Origin: Rhizaria sp. SCN 62-66
Lineage: Eukaryota
DNA length: 38,601 bases
NCBI GenBank assembly: GCA_001724265.1
Contig: MEDY01000333.1
Span: 1-38,601 of the forward strand
Reading direction: 5' to 3'
The position numbers were made by a program, and so were the translations under genes. Of this stretch, positions 23,260-36,346 are shown in pieces. Position 1 is the stretch's first letter. Each line of letters begins with the position of its first letter. The notes under the pieces were generated by a model. The model was not told where the DNA came from. It saw nothing but the letters and a program-made list of their open reading frames with translations, and searched no databases.

Positions 23260-23936
23260 ATTTCCTCACAACGATGTGCCACTGCCTTGCTCCGTTATGA
23301 TAGCGTAAACCCTCACTCTTGGAATGCAACACGTGATAATCCAATACAAAGATACATATTTTACTCAGTCATATATCCTTATGCTCTTCTGTGATGATCT
23401 CTATGACTTTATTTGCATTTTACTCCGTGCATAATCTTGTGGTGATGGTTTGAATCTGACACGAAATTCATGCGTTTGTCTTCACACCCATGTCATATCT
23501 TGCATATTATTAGCCTTGACTCAGGAGAATTATGTTGATTACTCTAAACTACTTAGTATTTTGTCATATCAAATGAGTATGTGTGCATAATGCGATCGCT
23601 TTCATTTGGCGCAGTTTCCTCCTTGTGAACCCCGCGCATTGCGCCGACCATAAAGCGATGAGTATCGTTATCACTTGTGCATTGACAATTGAAGCTAGTG
23701 TAAATAAACTCTGTTTTATGTATTAGGGCCTTTTTATCGCGCAAACAGCGCATATAAACGACATATGCGCCGATCTCTTATGTCACCACAGACGCATATT
23801 TCAAACGGCAGTTACTTGCGACGCGTTGTTTGGTGCAAATAATATACTTTCTGACAGAATCGCATGGTTATGACGTAGATTGTGTTATTTTCTTTGAAGT
23901 TAGTGAGTGGCTCTTGTTAGAGTACTAAGTCTCAAT

Positions 23937-25499
23937 TCATTTCTTGATGGTGATAGGAACAAACTCATCCTCCTCCTCCTCTTCCTCTTCGTTGTCATCA
24001 TCGTCGTCGTCATCATCGTCGACAACCTGCAGCTTCCTACCAGCACCAGCACCAGCGCCAGCGCCAGCGCTCGCACTGGGCGCTGCCTTCGCGCTCGCCG
24101 CAGCCGCCCTCGTGTTCGGGTTCGCACTGTTCGTGTTTGTGTTACTGTGGCTGTCAGTGCGGCGAACCACAACGACCTCGTCGTCGTCGTCATCATCATC
24201 ATTGTTGTCGTCGTTGTCGGCGTCGCTCTCGGTCTCGCTGGCCTCCTCGATCGTGACGCCGCCGATGTTCACGGGCGCGCTGTTCTTCGGCTTCGTCTTA
24301 CGCGGCTTAGCTTCCTTCACAATCACGGCCGGCTTAACTTCCTTCACAGGCGCCGCAGCAGCACTCGCGCTCTCATCATCATCGTCGTCGCCGTCATCAT
24401 CGCCCCTCTTGTCTTTCTTGCCCCTGCTGGCCTCATCCTCGACCACGGGCGGCATCACCGTCCCGACGAAGGCCTCGACAGCCGCGGCAGACAGCGGAAG
24501 CCTCGGAACCCAACCGCCCGCCGCGGCGGCGCCCTGTTGGCCCGCGGCCAGCTCCTTGCGGTACTGGTCCGTGCCGAAGCTGTCGCTCTCGTCCCAAGCC
24601 GCCACCGCGGCCGCCAGCTTCGACTCGAGCCGCTTCACGTCAGCCGCGGTCGCCGCAGCATTCGCAGTCGCACTCACCGTAGCGCTCACAATGGCGCTCG
24701 CAGCCGCGCTCGCAGTCGCGCCTGCGTTAGTACCGGCGGCAGACTGGGACGGGGACTGGGACTCGGGGTTGTTCAGGCTGTCGTTGGTGAGCGCAAGCGC
24801 GACGTGGTAGGCCGCCACGGCGTCCCTGTGCTGCTTCATGCCGGCCCGCGCGGCGGCGAGCCGCTCCCAGCCGCGCGGCCACTGCGGCTCGGTCCGCACG
24901 GCCGCCGCGGCGTCGCGCTCGGCGCGGCCCCACAGGCTCAGCCGCAGCAGCGCGGCCGCGCGGTTCGCCCAGAGCTCGGCGCGCGGGCGCGGTGGCGGCG
25001 CCAGGGCCAGCGCGGCGGTGTAATGGGCCAGAGCACGCTGGTACTCGCCGCAGCGGAAGCTGTCGTTGCCGAGCGACTTGGCGCGCTGCGACGCCGCGTG
25101 CTTCCCGCTCGTACTGCTGACAGTTTTGTCAGTCGCCGCGGCGGAGCTCGCGCTGCTGTCTTTGCTAAGCGACGAGTCAAGCGCCTTGATCTCCTTGGTC
25201 CAGGAGAAGAGGTCGTCGAGCGCGGCCGCGACCTCGCGGCTCGACGCGGCGCCCGGCAGCGCGCGGCCCGCGCGGTCGGGGTCCAGCTCGGCGAGCTTCG
25301 CGAGCGCGGCGCGGTGCAGATCGGGGTAGCTCGTCGCCTCGGGCTCGAGCAGGCGCACGGCGTGGCGCATCTTGCGCGCGTCGGTGCAGCTCGCCACCCA
25401 GTCGAAGTCGAGCTCGTGCAACGCCACGTCGGCGTACTGCTTCGAAACTGTGGGCAGCGCGGAGGTGGGGTCCTCCAGCATCGAGGCAAACGAGTCCAT
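23937..25499 (-). CDS. SPAG1-like TPR co-chaperone (dynein-arm assembly factor family), short form with an acidic tail
   Basis: N-terminal LHELDFDWVASCTD..LL....YPDL..LAELDP resembles the SPAG1 N-terminal motif. One TPR clamp: KSLGNDSFRCGEYQRALAHYT..NRAAALLRL..AERDA. TGA stop. Confidence 0.7.
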   Translation of the reverse strand: MDSFASMLEDPTSALPTVSKQYADVALHELDFDWVASCTDARKMRHAVRLLEPEATSYPDLHRAALAKLAELDPDRAGRALPGAASSREVAAALDDLFSWTKEIKALDSSLSKDSSASSAAATDKTVSSTSGKHAASQRAKSLGNDSFRCGEYQRALAHYTAALALAPPPRPRAELWANRAAALLRLSLWGRAERDAAAAVRTEPQWPRGWERLAAARAGMKQHRDAVAAYHVALALTNDSLNNPESQSPSQSAAGTNAGATASAAASAIVSATVSATANAAATAADVKRLESKLAAAVAAWDESDSFGTDQYRKELAAGQQGAAAAGGWVPRLPLSAAAVEAFVGTVMPPVVEDEASRGKKDKRGDDDGDDDDDESASAAAAPVKEVKPAVIVKEAKPRKTKPKNSAPVNIGGVTIEEASETESDADNDDNNDDDDDDDEVVVVRRTDSHSNTNTNSANPNTRAAAASAKAAPSASAGAGAGAGAGRKLQVVDDDDDDDDDNEEEEEEEDEFVPITIKK

Positions 25500-26143
25500 C
25501 GGGGTGAGAGCGGGGTGGGCGGGGGGGAAGAGTGGGCTTGTGTGGGGCGTGAAGCGACGTGAGGTTCGGGAAGGAAAGAGAAAACCTGCAACAAAACAAT
25601 AAAGATAAGGGTTTGGGAAGATTTTGTGAAGATATAGTCGGTTATGTAATATTTTTCATTCGATAATCCGTGATATGACTTGTCAGACTCAAGGTGTGAT
25701 GAGATATACATGGATAAAGAGAGATTGTGGGAGCCGTTATCGCGAAGCGACAGTTCAAACAACGTCGAGGTAGAACACGAAACAGACAACCTATCTAAGA
25801 TGAATAATTAGGGGATCAATATCTAAATGCTCACGTTAATATTAAAATTCACTGTTAACGCTATGTTTGACGATCATGTGCGGTAGCATTTGAAATCTCC
25901 CAAGTACCTCTCGACCAATCTCTGGTCTCGACCGGACTGACTGTGAGCATCATGGTGTAAGCGCGACTGAGAAATCAAGATCTAACAGGCATTGAAGCAA
26001 TAATAAAGATATAATCATATACCCTGCAAGCTATATATACGTGTATTACTCGTGTTTTGTTATTGGTAAGTATGATTATAGACTGGAAAATCGTATGTTT
26101 TGTCGTACGCCATGTTCAAGTTACGCATTCCACACAGTCAATG

Positions 26144-29100
26144 TTACCTGCGCACACCGTTCAGAGCGAGTGGGAATTGCATCAGCCACCCAGTCACAAT
26201 ATCCCCAACGCCCCTTGCCTTATCAGCCTTGATCCGGTCAAGACTCGCCGTAACCTTGCTCGCAAACACCTCAAGGAGCTCGGCGCTCTCACGCTTGCTG
26301 CAACCGACACCGACGCAGTTGCTGTCATCGGCATCGCCAGCTTCATCACGGTCCCGCGTCGGCTGCACATTAGCGCTACGCGCCTTGACTTCCGCCATAA
26401 CGTGCGCCACGCGCGCCACGGCGGCCAACGCCGCCTGTGCGAGTGCGAACACAGTCTCCAGCTGCTACTCCTGCAACGCGCGCTCCAGCTGCCTTTGCGC
26501 ACGCATCTTAAACAACGCCTGCGCCTGCCGCTGCGGTGCGCTCTGTGCAACAACGCCTGCGTTAGCGTGACCGCGGCGGCGCGCGGACATCGGCGCTGTC
26601 TCGGCGACTGATGCAGTGACGGCGGCTGCCTCCGCAGCGGTCGCGCGCGCAGCCACCGTGGCGACTGAGACTGCGGTGTCTGTCAGTCGGGTGACCGTGA
26701 GCGCAACGGCGGCGGCGAGGGCGTCAGGCGCGCACACGAAGCCGCCAACTACGCCGGTGTTGAAAGGCGCGGCTCCGTTCTTGTTGATGTCGCTGTGATT
26801 GTTGATACCGCTGTGACTACGGATATCGCTGTGGCCGCGGCTATCGCTGCTTGGGATGTCAGGGGTCGCGGCAGCAATTGCGGCCGACGTGTTTAAGTCG
26901 AAATAGCCACTTGCGTTGACTTCAATGCTGAAACTGCTGCGGATAGACTTTAGACTATGAAGAGACGTGCAAGCGTTGTTGTTGTGATAAAACAGCGCGA
27001 CTGCAGCTAGCCCGGTCTTGATCATATCAGTGACTGTAACTGCGGGTGACAGTTGCGGCGCGGAAGCAACTGAGAACACATTTTGTCCACAAGCAACCTC
27101 CGGACTATACACAGACACCGTGGTGCAAGGAGCCGTAAGCAGCCCCTTTACCTGCTGACTCAGCAGCTCGAACACGCGTTGACTGTGTGCAGCCACAGAC
27201 TGCGAGCACGAGCTACTCCTTGAGTGGCTTGACTGCTGCGTGAAGATTGGGTCAAAGGGCTGCTTGCCGCCAGTAACTGAGAGCAAGGATTGTACTATGT
27301 CACTTGACACAGCGCTAATAGCGGTCATACATGTGCTAACACCATGATCGCGTTGCTGTTTGGGCTGTTGCTGTTGCTCGGGGCGTTGCTGTAAAAGAGC
27401 AAGACATAAGTCAAGTAACGATGGGACTGTACTGTCGCTTTGGGCGCTAACGTGGCCGCCAACACATGCATGAACAATGCGCACAGCCTCCGTTGTAGAC
27501 GTTCTTTCCAGTGTGCAGCTCTTGTTCTGAGTGATCGGGATAGTGTCGCCAGCGGTGAGAGAAACAGAGGATAGAGCCCAGAGCGGCAGAGCGAGTAGCT
27601 TTGATTTCGCGTTTGCAGCAGCAACTGCGGCAGCAGCAGTCGACGCCACGGCGTGAATATCTACTGTGCTTGTGTTAACATTGTTGGTGAGGTTATTGAA
27701 GTGCTTGTCGTTATAGGCCGTTACCGTCTTCGTTCTTGTTACGTTGCGTGGGTCAGTATCAACCACAACAATGCGAGGAGTTTGGGCTACATGGGCGTTT
27801 GCTGCTATCTGTACTCCTGCTGTCAACGCCGTCAGTGTTGCTGGGACAGTAAACCTGTGTGCTTGAAAAAGTGACTGCGAAAGCAACGCGCGAAGAAGAA
27901 TCACTGTGCCCAGCACACAGCTCTCAGAATAAGCTGATTGTAATCCCTTTTGCATTGCTAGCGTAGCATTTGCTTTTTCCGATAGCAGAATGCATGAGCG
28001 CGCAAGAGTGGCTGTAAGCACGTGTGGGAGCGCTAACAGAGACCAGGATAAGGCTGGTTTGACCTCCATAACGACACTGACTGCGCGGCCAGGGACAGCA
28101 GAAGCACTTTTATTATCATTAGCATTGCTGCCAGAAGAGCTAGTACTGTTGCTCCCACTGCTAATGCCGTTGATAAAACGGTTATGACCGGGTAAGTGCC
28201 TATTCTGCTGCTGCTGTGCGCCGTGCTTTTGTTGTTGATGCTGCTGCTTTTGTCGTAGCTGTTGCTTCTTGAGCACAACAGAAACCTTTGCGTTGAGCGT
28301 CATCTCTTGCTTAAGCAGCAATGCCAGTACTGAAGCTGCAAGGCTAGCATCGCCAAAATTAGGTTGCGGCTCAACGTGCGACGACAATCGCCTCAGCTGA
28401 ATCTTCTGAAACAGAGCAGTAGCTGTTGGCACGGCTGCTGGTACTGTCCCAGTTGCAGCAGCAGCGGCTGCTGCTGTCATAACAACGCTAATGCAAATAC
28501 ACTGCAAGCATGAGCACGCCGCAACACCGCGCGTGCTACTGCTAAAGCTGGAGCTGTTGTTTGCACTCAAGTGGCTATTTATATGAGCATGCACACTGGT
28601 GGTGGTGTTCTTGCTCTCTTCGTTAGTGTCGGTACTATCGGCAAATACTGCGTGTGCGCACACGTCCTTGCTCACTGTCACTCCGCTAAAAGGCTGATTG
28701 CCCCTTAAGCAGCCCTTGTAGTTGACTGCAGCAGGGAACTTGCACCCGATGCACTTACACTCATCAGACGCACTGAGATTGGCGTTGGCGTGCGCAACTG
28801 CAACTGTGCCTGCAGTAACAGCAGCACTCAACGCGCTTACTGCCAATATTAGTGGCGCTGTTAATGGGCTTAATGCAGCTGAGTTTGTGCCAACACGGCC
28901 AAAACTAGGTCGCAAGTTTTGCTGCGGATGTGAAGGAAAAGTCTTGATGAGTTTAAGGCGAAACTGAAGATACTCGACGTCATGAGCAGCTAAGCTAGCC
29001 CTAACACCACACACAGCACAAGTGCATCTGCGGTCCCCTTCAGCGCGGCCGCTGGCGTCGTTGACCTTTACACTCACGCTTGCACTCACGCTCACACGCA

Positions 29101-32100
29101 TGCTTGCGCTCATCTTCCTCTTCGACGCATCTTCAGCCTTTCCAGCATCTTCTCGCTTGGTGGCATTTATAGCGTTTGTATTGCTGCCGCTGCTCGTGTC
29201 AAACTCGTGCAAGAACACAGTTGCGTTAAGCCTTGCCTCGCGCGCCGCAACAACAACGGCGTCGGCCACCACCGCGGCTGCGGCAGCGGCCTCCCGCGCG
29301 CGTCGCTCAGTCTCCCTCAGTCGCGCTGCCTCCGCCGTTGCCGCGCGCGGCGACAGCGGGGACTGCGGCAGTGACTGCGCTAGAGGCGGCAACGGCGGCG
29401 CTGCGGCAACGGTGGCCAGCGCCGGCAGCAGCACTTGCAGCAGGCACAGAAGGCCACGGCGGTGCGCAGATGTCAAGCCGCACATGGTCGAAGTCGAACA
29501 GTGCATCGCAGTTAAAGTATTGGTGTTCATGTCTTGTTTGCGACGCTCCGCGTCATGTTGTTGCGCTTTAATCTGGCGATGTTCAAGCTGCTTCGAGAGC
29601 AGCAAAAGATCGAGAAGAGTTCCGCGTCCAAGAGCAATCAGAGCGCGGGGTGGCAGCGACTGGGCAAGCGTTGTTAGAGTGTCAATATCTGTGAGCTCGT
29701 CAATGTTAGTCTCACTTAACGCAATATCGGTCGCAGCATCGTAAGCTCCGTTTGTTGCAAGTTTGACAATATCAAGCAAGAGCGTCTTTGACGACGCATC
29801 TGTAGCAGCAGCAACGGCTTTGTCAGCAACGGTTGCGGCAACAGCAGCTTGGGCCATGGCAAGCTTAGCAGCAGTTGCGGCAGCTGTTGCAGCGTTGTTG
29901 CTATTTACGCCCGCATCATAAGGGCCCCCGCAAGGGCTTGTGTTTTTACCGAGATCAATACCGCTGCTTAAACTGTCTCCGTTAAAGCCGTTGTTGGTAT
30001 TGCCACCAATACTGGTGCGCGTCACAGTCTTTGCGACCGCAACGCGACTGTAAGCAGTCGCCATGCGCTGCAGTGTTGCGGACGTGCCCAGTCCTGCAAC
30101 AAACGCGGGGCTGAAAAAGTCAACCACAGGGAACGCGACAACGTTGCTCATGTTCTTGGTATTGTGAAGCAACTTAGCGTCACAAATCGTTGCGAAGCAC
30201 GTATTGCCGCCATCGTTTGCAAGGGCACCGCCACCATTGTCGCTCTTTCCAGCAGCATTGTTATCTGCAATGGCAACAATGCTGCGCCGCATGCTGTGCA
30301 GTACAGCGCTATAGTCCTCGGCCTTGGCCTCGGCGGCGGCCTTGTTGGCGTGCAACACTAGCCCCGACTGCAGCAGCCACGAGTGGCCGAACAGCGACCC
30401 GCCGTGCCCATTGCGGGTCGCTGCCAGAGCCTCGGCCGCCGCGCAAGCTTCAGCAGCCAACGAAACCCGCTTGGATAACAGTGCACTCGCAATTGACACT
30501 GGTTTGGATGCGTTGACCTCTGTATCTACTGCCGCTGCCCCCAATGCTGTTGCAACTGGTGGAGTTACTTGCGTAGCTATTGCAGTCTCCGTTGCCGTGA
30601 CCGTAACAGACCGCGCAGTCGTTGCTCCAGACCATGCTGCAGCTAGGACCAAGCGCGCAGACGACGGCGCAAGCACAGCAGAACGCTGCCGTGACGCACC
30701 CGCTGCATTTGTCAAAGCGGTGATTGTGAGTGCGTCAGCGGTTTGTCTTGCTGCGTGCGGGGTCATGTAGCTGCGTGTGATAGCAGCTGTGTTATCGGCA
30801 TGTGAAGGACTCTGAAGCGTGGCACTCGTGTCACTGATGTTGCTGTTGCTGCTGTTGATCGCGAGTCCGTCGCCAGTGACGTGCGGCGGTGCTGTCGTTG
30901 CAGTGTTGTCAGTGTCGCCATGGCCGCTCCTGTCGCTCGCACTTATCGCCGTAAACACAACGCCTGTTGCCGTTCCAGTTGTTTCCACCGCAGCATCAAC
31001 AGCGATGTCAGGGTGAACAGCAGTGCGCGTAAAGTTTGCGCTGTTGTAACTGCTATTGTTGCTGGCTTTGTTGTTCTTATGCTTCAACCTGCTGTGGCGA
31101 CTCGAAGTGCTAGTGAGACTGTTCTGGCTCGACTTGTTGTTGTGAGGGTTAAGGTAAGTATTGTCCATATCAATGACAAGGTCGCCGGCGTGACTCTTCT
31201 TGGTAGTTGCAGCGTTACTGTTAGCTTTGCTAGTGTTATTTGTACTGGCGTTGTACAAATACGTAAACGCACTCGACATGTCGCTGCTCATACTTGAACA
31301 GCCATCATCGTAGTCGTTTTTATCACTTTGGCTGCCGTCAATATCTTTTCGCTCATTGCTGCCGGCAAAGTGGCCGTACGCGTTGTCGCTGTCACGCACG
31401 CGGCTGCGACTGTTCCCGACAACGCTCGTGCTGTGCACATGGGTGTTAGCATTGCCAGTGATGCAACTCTTGTTGTCGTTGTTCTCCACACCGCTCATAT
31501 TTGTAAAGCCCCTCAGGCCTATCTGTGCCGCAAACGCAGCCTCCTCCCGCGCCAGCGCCGTGCTCGCCCCCACAGCCTTGAGTGCAATCGGAGCTGCAGC
31601 AGCTTCCGCCGCAACCTTTGCAGTGTTTTCTGCTGCCATGTCCGCCTCGCCCGCCGCTGCAGCAGGCAGTGCGTCCAGCTCTGCCTGCGCCTTGACATGT
31701 CGCGCCGTCATAATCTGCAGCATCTCGTTGTACACGCCCCTGCAGTCAAAGCGGCGCTGCTTCTCGTTCTGCGCCGTCGCCGTACCCTGCTCCGCTGGCG
31801 GCGGTGCGCGCTCTTGCGCGAGCCACGGGTGCCGCAGCAGCTCCTCCGCAGTGGCGCGCGTGCGCGGATCGCGGTCCAGACAGCGCCGCATAAAGCTCTT
31901 GGCGATGGCGATCTCGCGCGCCTCCCACGGGTACTGCTTGGCGAGCAGGTACCGCGGGTAGCGGATGCGCGTAGTCTGCACGTTGAGGCGCGCGTCGATC
32001 ATGCTCGCGCCCAGGAACGCCGGCGACCCATAGATGAACTCGTACGCGATACAGCCAAGCGCCCACACGTCGTACCCCGGCTGCGGCGGCAGGTTAAACA

Positions 32101-35100
32101 TGAAGGCCTCGGGGCTCATGTAGATTGGCGTCCCCTTTGGCAGGTACGTGTCGTCGACGTTTGGGTGGAATTGGCGCGGCTTGACTTTGTAGCGCGGCGC
32201 AGCGGGCACGTTCAGGTTGTCTTCTTCGCAATAATCAAACTTTTCGAGCCTCCTTCGGACAGCAGCACTATGCCAGTCAATCGTTGCGTGAGCAGCGCTA
32301 TTCGCACTATCTGTGCCGTTGCTTGCGCCAAGCGTAAGTGACGCTGCCGCCGACGCTGCTTCTGCAGCCGCTGCAGCTGCTGCAGTGGCCTTGGCCGGCG
32401 ATGTGAGCGTTTTGTGATACGCCTCCGTCGCCGCCCGCATCACAGACCCGGCGTCGCCACCGTACTGCGGCAAGAAGTAGTTGTTGTAGTCGAACGCCAT
32501 GCCGAAGTCGCACAGCTTCACCACTAGCGACGGCGGCTCCCACGCGACGGCCGCCGCTACTGCGCGCGCCGCATCATCAGCCTCAGCGGCCGCGATCGCG
32601 GCAGCAGCGGCAAGCGTCTCCGCTTTCGTGGCAGCTGCGGCAGCAGCGGCAGCAGCGGCATCATTTTTCTTGCTTGAAACAATGGGCTGGTTTTTTACAC
32701 CATCTGCTACGACGGTGTTCCGGCTCCAGTCTTGCTTTTGTTGAAGCATCTTCTGCTGTTGTTGCTCGTCATTCTCTTGCTTGTGCTGATATTGCGCAGA
32801 GACAAATGACTTGGTCGCGTGCGTAATCATCTCGTCTGTGACAAACGCTAAGCCGCTGCCGGGCATCAGTCCGCCGCTGCGCCTGCTTCTCGGTGTAAGA
32901 CCGTCCCGCCGCAAGCGGCGAGCAGTAAGAGCAGCTGCAACAGCCGACACAACAGAGCCTGGAGCTGCGGCGCTCATGTTGTTGGTTGCATCATTGGCAG
33001 CAGCGACGTTGGCCTCAGCTACGTTGGCCTCAATAGCTGCTTCTGCAGCCGCGTACGCCGCCGACTTTGCTGCAGCAATTGCGGCGGTGGCCACTTCTCC
33101 GAACGCATTCAGCAGAGACGCCTGGAACCGCTTGCGCGAGGGTAAGCCGAGCACAGTGGCTAGCGACGGCGGGCTGTATGTGGGAGGGCTCTGGTGGCGG
33201 CCAGCGTACGTGGCACGCCTTGCGTACGGATTGCCGCTCTTGTGCGAGTTCGAAATAGAGTTGGCGTTGCCGCTGTTGCCATTGTCGCTGTCACTGGCGC
33301 TTTCGCTATTGCTAGAGGCGTCACAATTATTGTTAGCGTTGCTCTTATTGCTGCCAATAGTGCTCTTGATTATGCTGTGGAAATCCGCACACTTAGCGCA
33401 GCACTTGTAGTCGCAACAGCCTGCGTCTTGATGACCGCCATTGCCAAGATTATGGTTGTGGCATTGGCTGCAGCCTTCGCTGGCGCTGTGCTGTTGCCAC
33501 TGCAGCTCATACTCAGTCGCCTTCTGCAGCTGCTGTGCGCGCCGCTGCTGCGTGGCGCTCGGACCGCGCGCGCCTAAACTCTGGCCGCCCACCTCGCCAC
33601 TGCGGCTGTGACCACTGCGCGCCGCCGCGTCAACGTGCCGCCGGTTAATAGGGCTCTCCCAGCACAGCAGCGCGTTTGCCGGCTTGAGATCGCGGTGCAC
33701 GACGCCGCGCGAGTGCAGGTAAGCAACGCCCGCAGTCATCTGCTGCATGATCACGCGCACCACCTGCACCGGGTAGCGCGCGCCGCCGCTGCGCGACACC
33801 GGGTCGGGCACCACAGACGCGCGCGGGCGCGACTGTCGCTGCTGTTGCTGCTGCTGTTGCTGCTATGCAGAGGCGCCAATGTCGTGTTGCTGCGGCCGGG
33901 AACTCCGCGAATAAGACTGGGTCTGTGGCTGTAGGCTTTGTTCTTGATTGAAGTCACTAATCGCTCCCGATTGTTGACTTGAAGATCCCTTTGTGACTGC
34001 GTTGTCATCAATATCTGAGCCAACATGAGTGCGCTGCCGCGCCTGGGCCTTTGCCTTGACCCGAGCCCTCTTTGTCTTGGCTTTGGCCTTCGCGTTGGCA
34101 CGTCTTTGGGCTCGAGACGCAGAGTGGCTGCGAGCAACACTGTGACCAGCGTCATCACCGGTACCAGCAACCGTGCTTGCGCTGACACTGTCCGTCCTTT
34201 CACCCGCGTTTGTGTAGCCGTCAGCTTTGCTGCGCACGGGAGCAGCGGCGTGGCTGCTGACGCGGCAGACCGCGGCCGCAAACGCCGCGGGCGCGTCGCG
34301 GCTGTCAGTGATGATGTCGAGGTTGTTCGCGACGGGCACGTACCCAGAGCCTGACAAGCGCAGGCGGCCGCGGCGACAGAGACGGCGGCGCTGACGCTGC
34401 TGCTGGCGCTGCGCGCGCTCAGCGTCTGCAAGCCCTGTGTCTGTGCTGGTGCTCACGCCTGAGTCAGTTTCGCTGTCACAGCCGCTTTCTGTGTCGCTAC
34501 AGGCGTCGGTGTAGATGCTGCTGCTGGTGTCAATGTCAGAGCCAGTGCACAAGCTGCTGTCAAAGTCTGAATCTGAGTCAGAGTCCGCGTCGGGGTGAGA
34601 GTCCGCTTCAGAGTCGGAGTCGGAGCTGGAGCCGAAATCTGAAAAGTAGCCAGGGCCTTCAATGTTAGAGCCGTTACTCTTAGCGGTAGCAGCAATCTCG
34701 TCTTCGAGCTAAGCCAGTGACTCGCGTGAAAACACTTGAGACTCGCCCAGCTTGCCGAATCGCGACTCTGATGGCGCCAAACGCGATACATGCGCGACAC
34801 GGGGGTGTGAGTAACGCTGCTGCTGTTGCTGCTGCTGATGCTGCTGTTGTTGCAGCTGCCATTGGCCGAGCTTCTCCCAGCTCGGACGCTGCGGCTGCAG
34901 CCCCGGCTGCAACGGCTGTTGCTGCAGCTGCTGTTGCTGCTGCGACTGCGCTTGGACAGAGTCCCCGTATATCGACTGCGCCAGCTCGGAGTCCCTGAAC
35001 ATCGACAGGGACGGCGCCCCAGTCAGCGAGCCATCGTGTGTCATCCTACACTGCGACTGCAGCTGTACTTGGGACTGCGTTTGAAGCCGCGGCTGTGACG

Positions 35101-36346
35101 GCAGCAGCGTCTGCGATTGCATGGAGTCCCCGTACATCGACATCATGTCACTGTTATCGGCGCCGCCGCCTCCCCACAGGCGCTGCCCGACCTCCTCTGT
35201 CTGCTCCGGCCCCAGTTGCTGTGTTTGCCGGCCTTGCTGCGAGCAAAGCTGCGACGGGAACTGTGACCGCGACTGTAATTGCTCATGCATGCGACGTAGC
35301 GAGTGTGTCTCAAATGGTCTTGCGCCAACGAGAGAAACCTCGGGTGTAGCAGCACCAACGCCAACTACTACCGGTGGTGCCGGGATCGGGTCAGTCTGCT
35401 GCTGCTCATGGCGGGAGGTGAGACTGTTTCTGTGAACGTAGCTGCAAATGGAGTGGTGTTGCACGCAACCCAACATCTCGTTCTGAGTCCACTTCAAGTG
35501 CTCTTTCGATCCGCCATCAGAGTCCAAGTGCCCGTCAGTGCCTGGCTGCTGCGGCGACTCCTCGTCGGCCAAGTACCACTCCTCGTAGTCGAGTTCGTCC
35601 GGAGGCAGCAGCGAGCGCCCGGGCACATACGTCTGCGTACCACCTAAATGCTCGGTTAACCGCTTGTTGTTGTCACGCCGCCACTGCGCCCGAGATTCAG
35701 GACTGTGTGAGCTCTCTAAGTGTGCCTGGCTGTTGAAAGCGGCGCTCCACGCGCCACGTGCGCTGTGCAGTCCCAGCTCGGCGGCGCGCCACCGCGCCTG
35801 CTCACGCGCCGCGCGCTGCGCAACCTGCAGCAGCACGGCGAGGCAGTCCAGCTCGCCGACGGCACACTCCATGACGATCGCGACGCGCGTCTCCGTCTCG
35901 AACACGCCCAGGATTGGGGTCACGTTGCGGTGGCTCAGACGGCGCAGCACAGAGAACTCAGAGAACGGCGGGTCGTCCTGCGCGCGGCCTGTAAACGGCG
36001 CGCGCGTGTGCGCGGGGCGGGAGGACTTGGTGAGGAACTTGATGGCTACAGTCGCACCTGTGGACCGTTGGTACGCCTGCGATGCAGCATGAGCGAATCG
36101 ACCAAAATCACAAGAGGCATAACAAGTCAAATAGGCGTGAATGAGTCCACAAACAAGAAATGATGTGTTTTCAAATTGTTAAATTTCGAATCTAGTTTTG
36201 ATCTCAACTCGATTTCCCTGTGTCACTGTGTACATTTCTTTAATGTGTTGTGAAGCCAAGCAATGTACCTTGTAGACGGCGCCAAACGATCCTTGTCCAA
36301 CGGCAACAAGGAGGTCAAAATCGGCCACCTCAAGATCTGTAGACAT
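26144..36346 (-). CDS. Giant Fused/STK36(ULK)-like Ser/Thr kinase, ~3336 aa, with three in-frame TAG codons (exons 36346-36269, 36076-26144)
   Basis: Kinase subdomains in order: VGQGSFGAVYK, TVAIKF, EFSVLRRLSHRN, MECAVGEL, YLHSRGVVHRDLKPAN, VKLCDFG, KGTPIYMSPE, DVWALGCIAYE, R...EELLRHPW. ORFs 34709-36130, 33863-34552, 26465-33814 and 26144-26452 share one frame, separated only by TAG; the final stop is TAA. Confidence 0.85.

Noticed and set aside
26144-36346. Kinase as a pseudogene or as several separate genes
   Set aside because: Decay over ~10 kb should also give TGA/TAA stops and frameshifts. Only TAG occurs, the catalytic motifs are intact, and the two lobes are on different ORF pieces.
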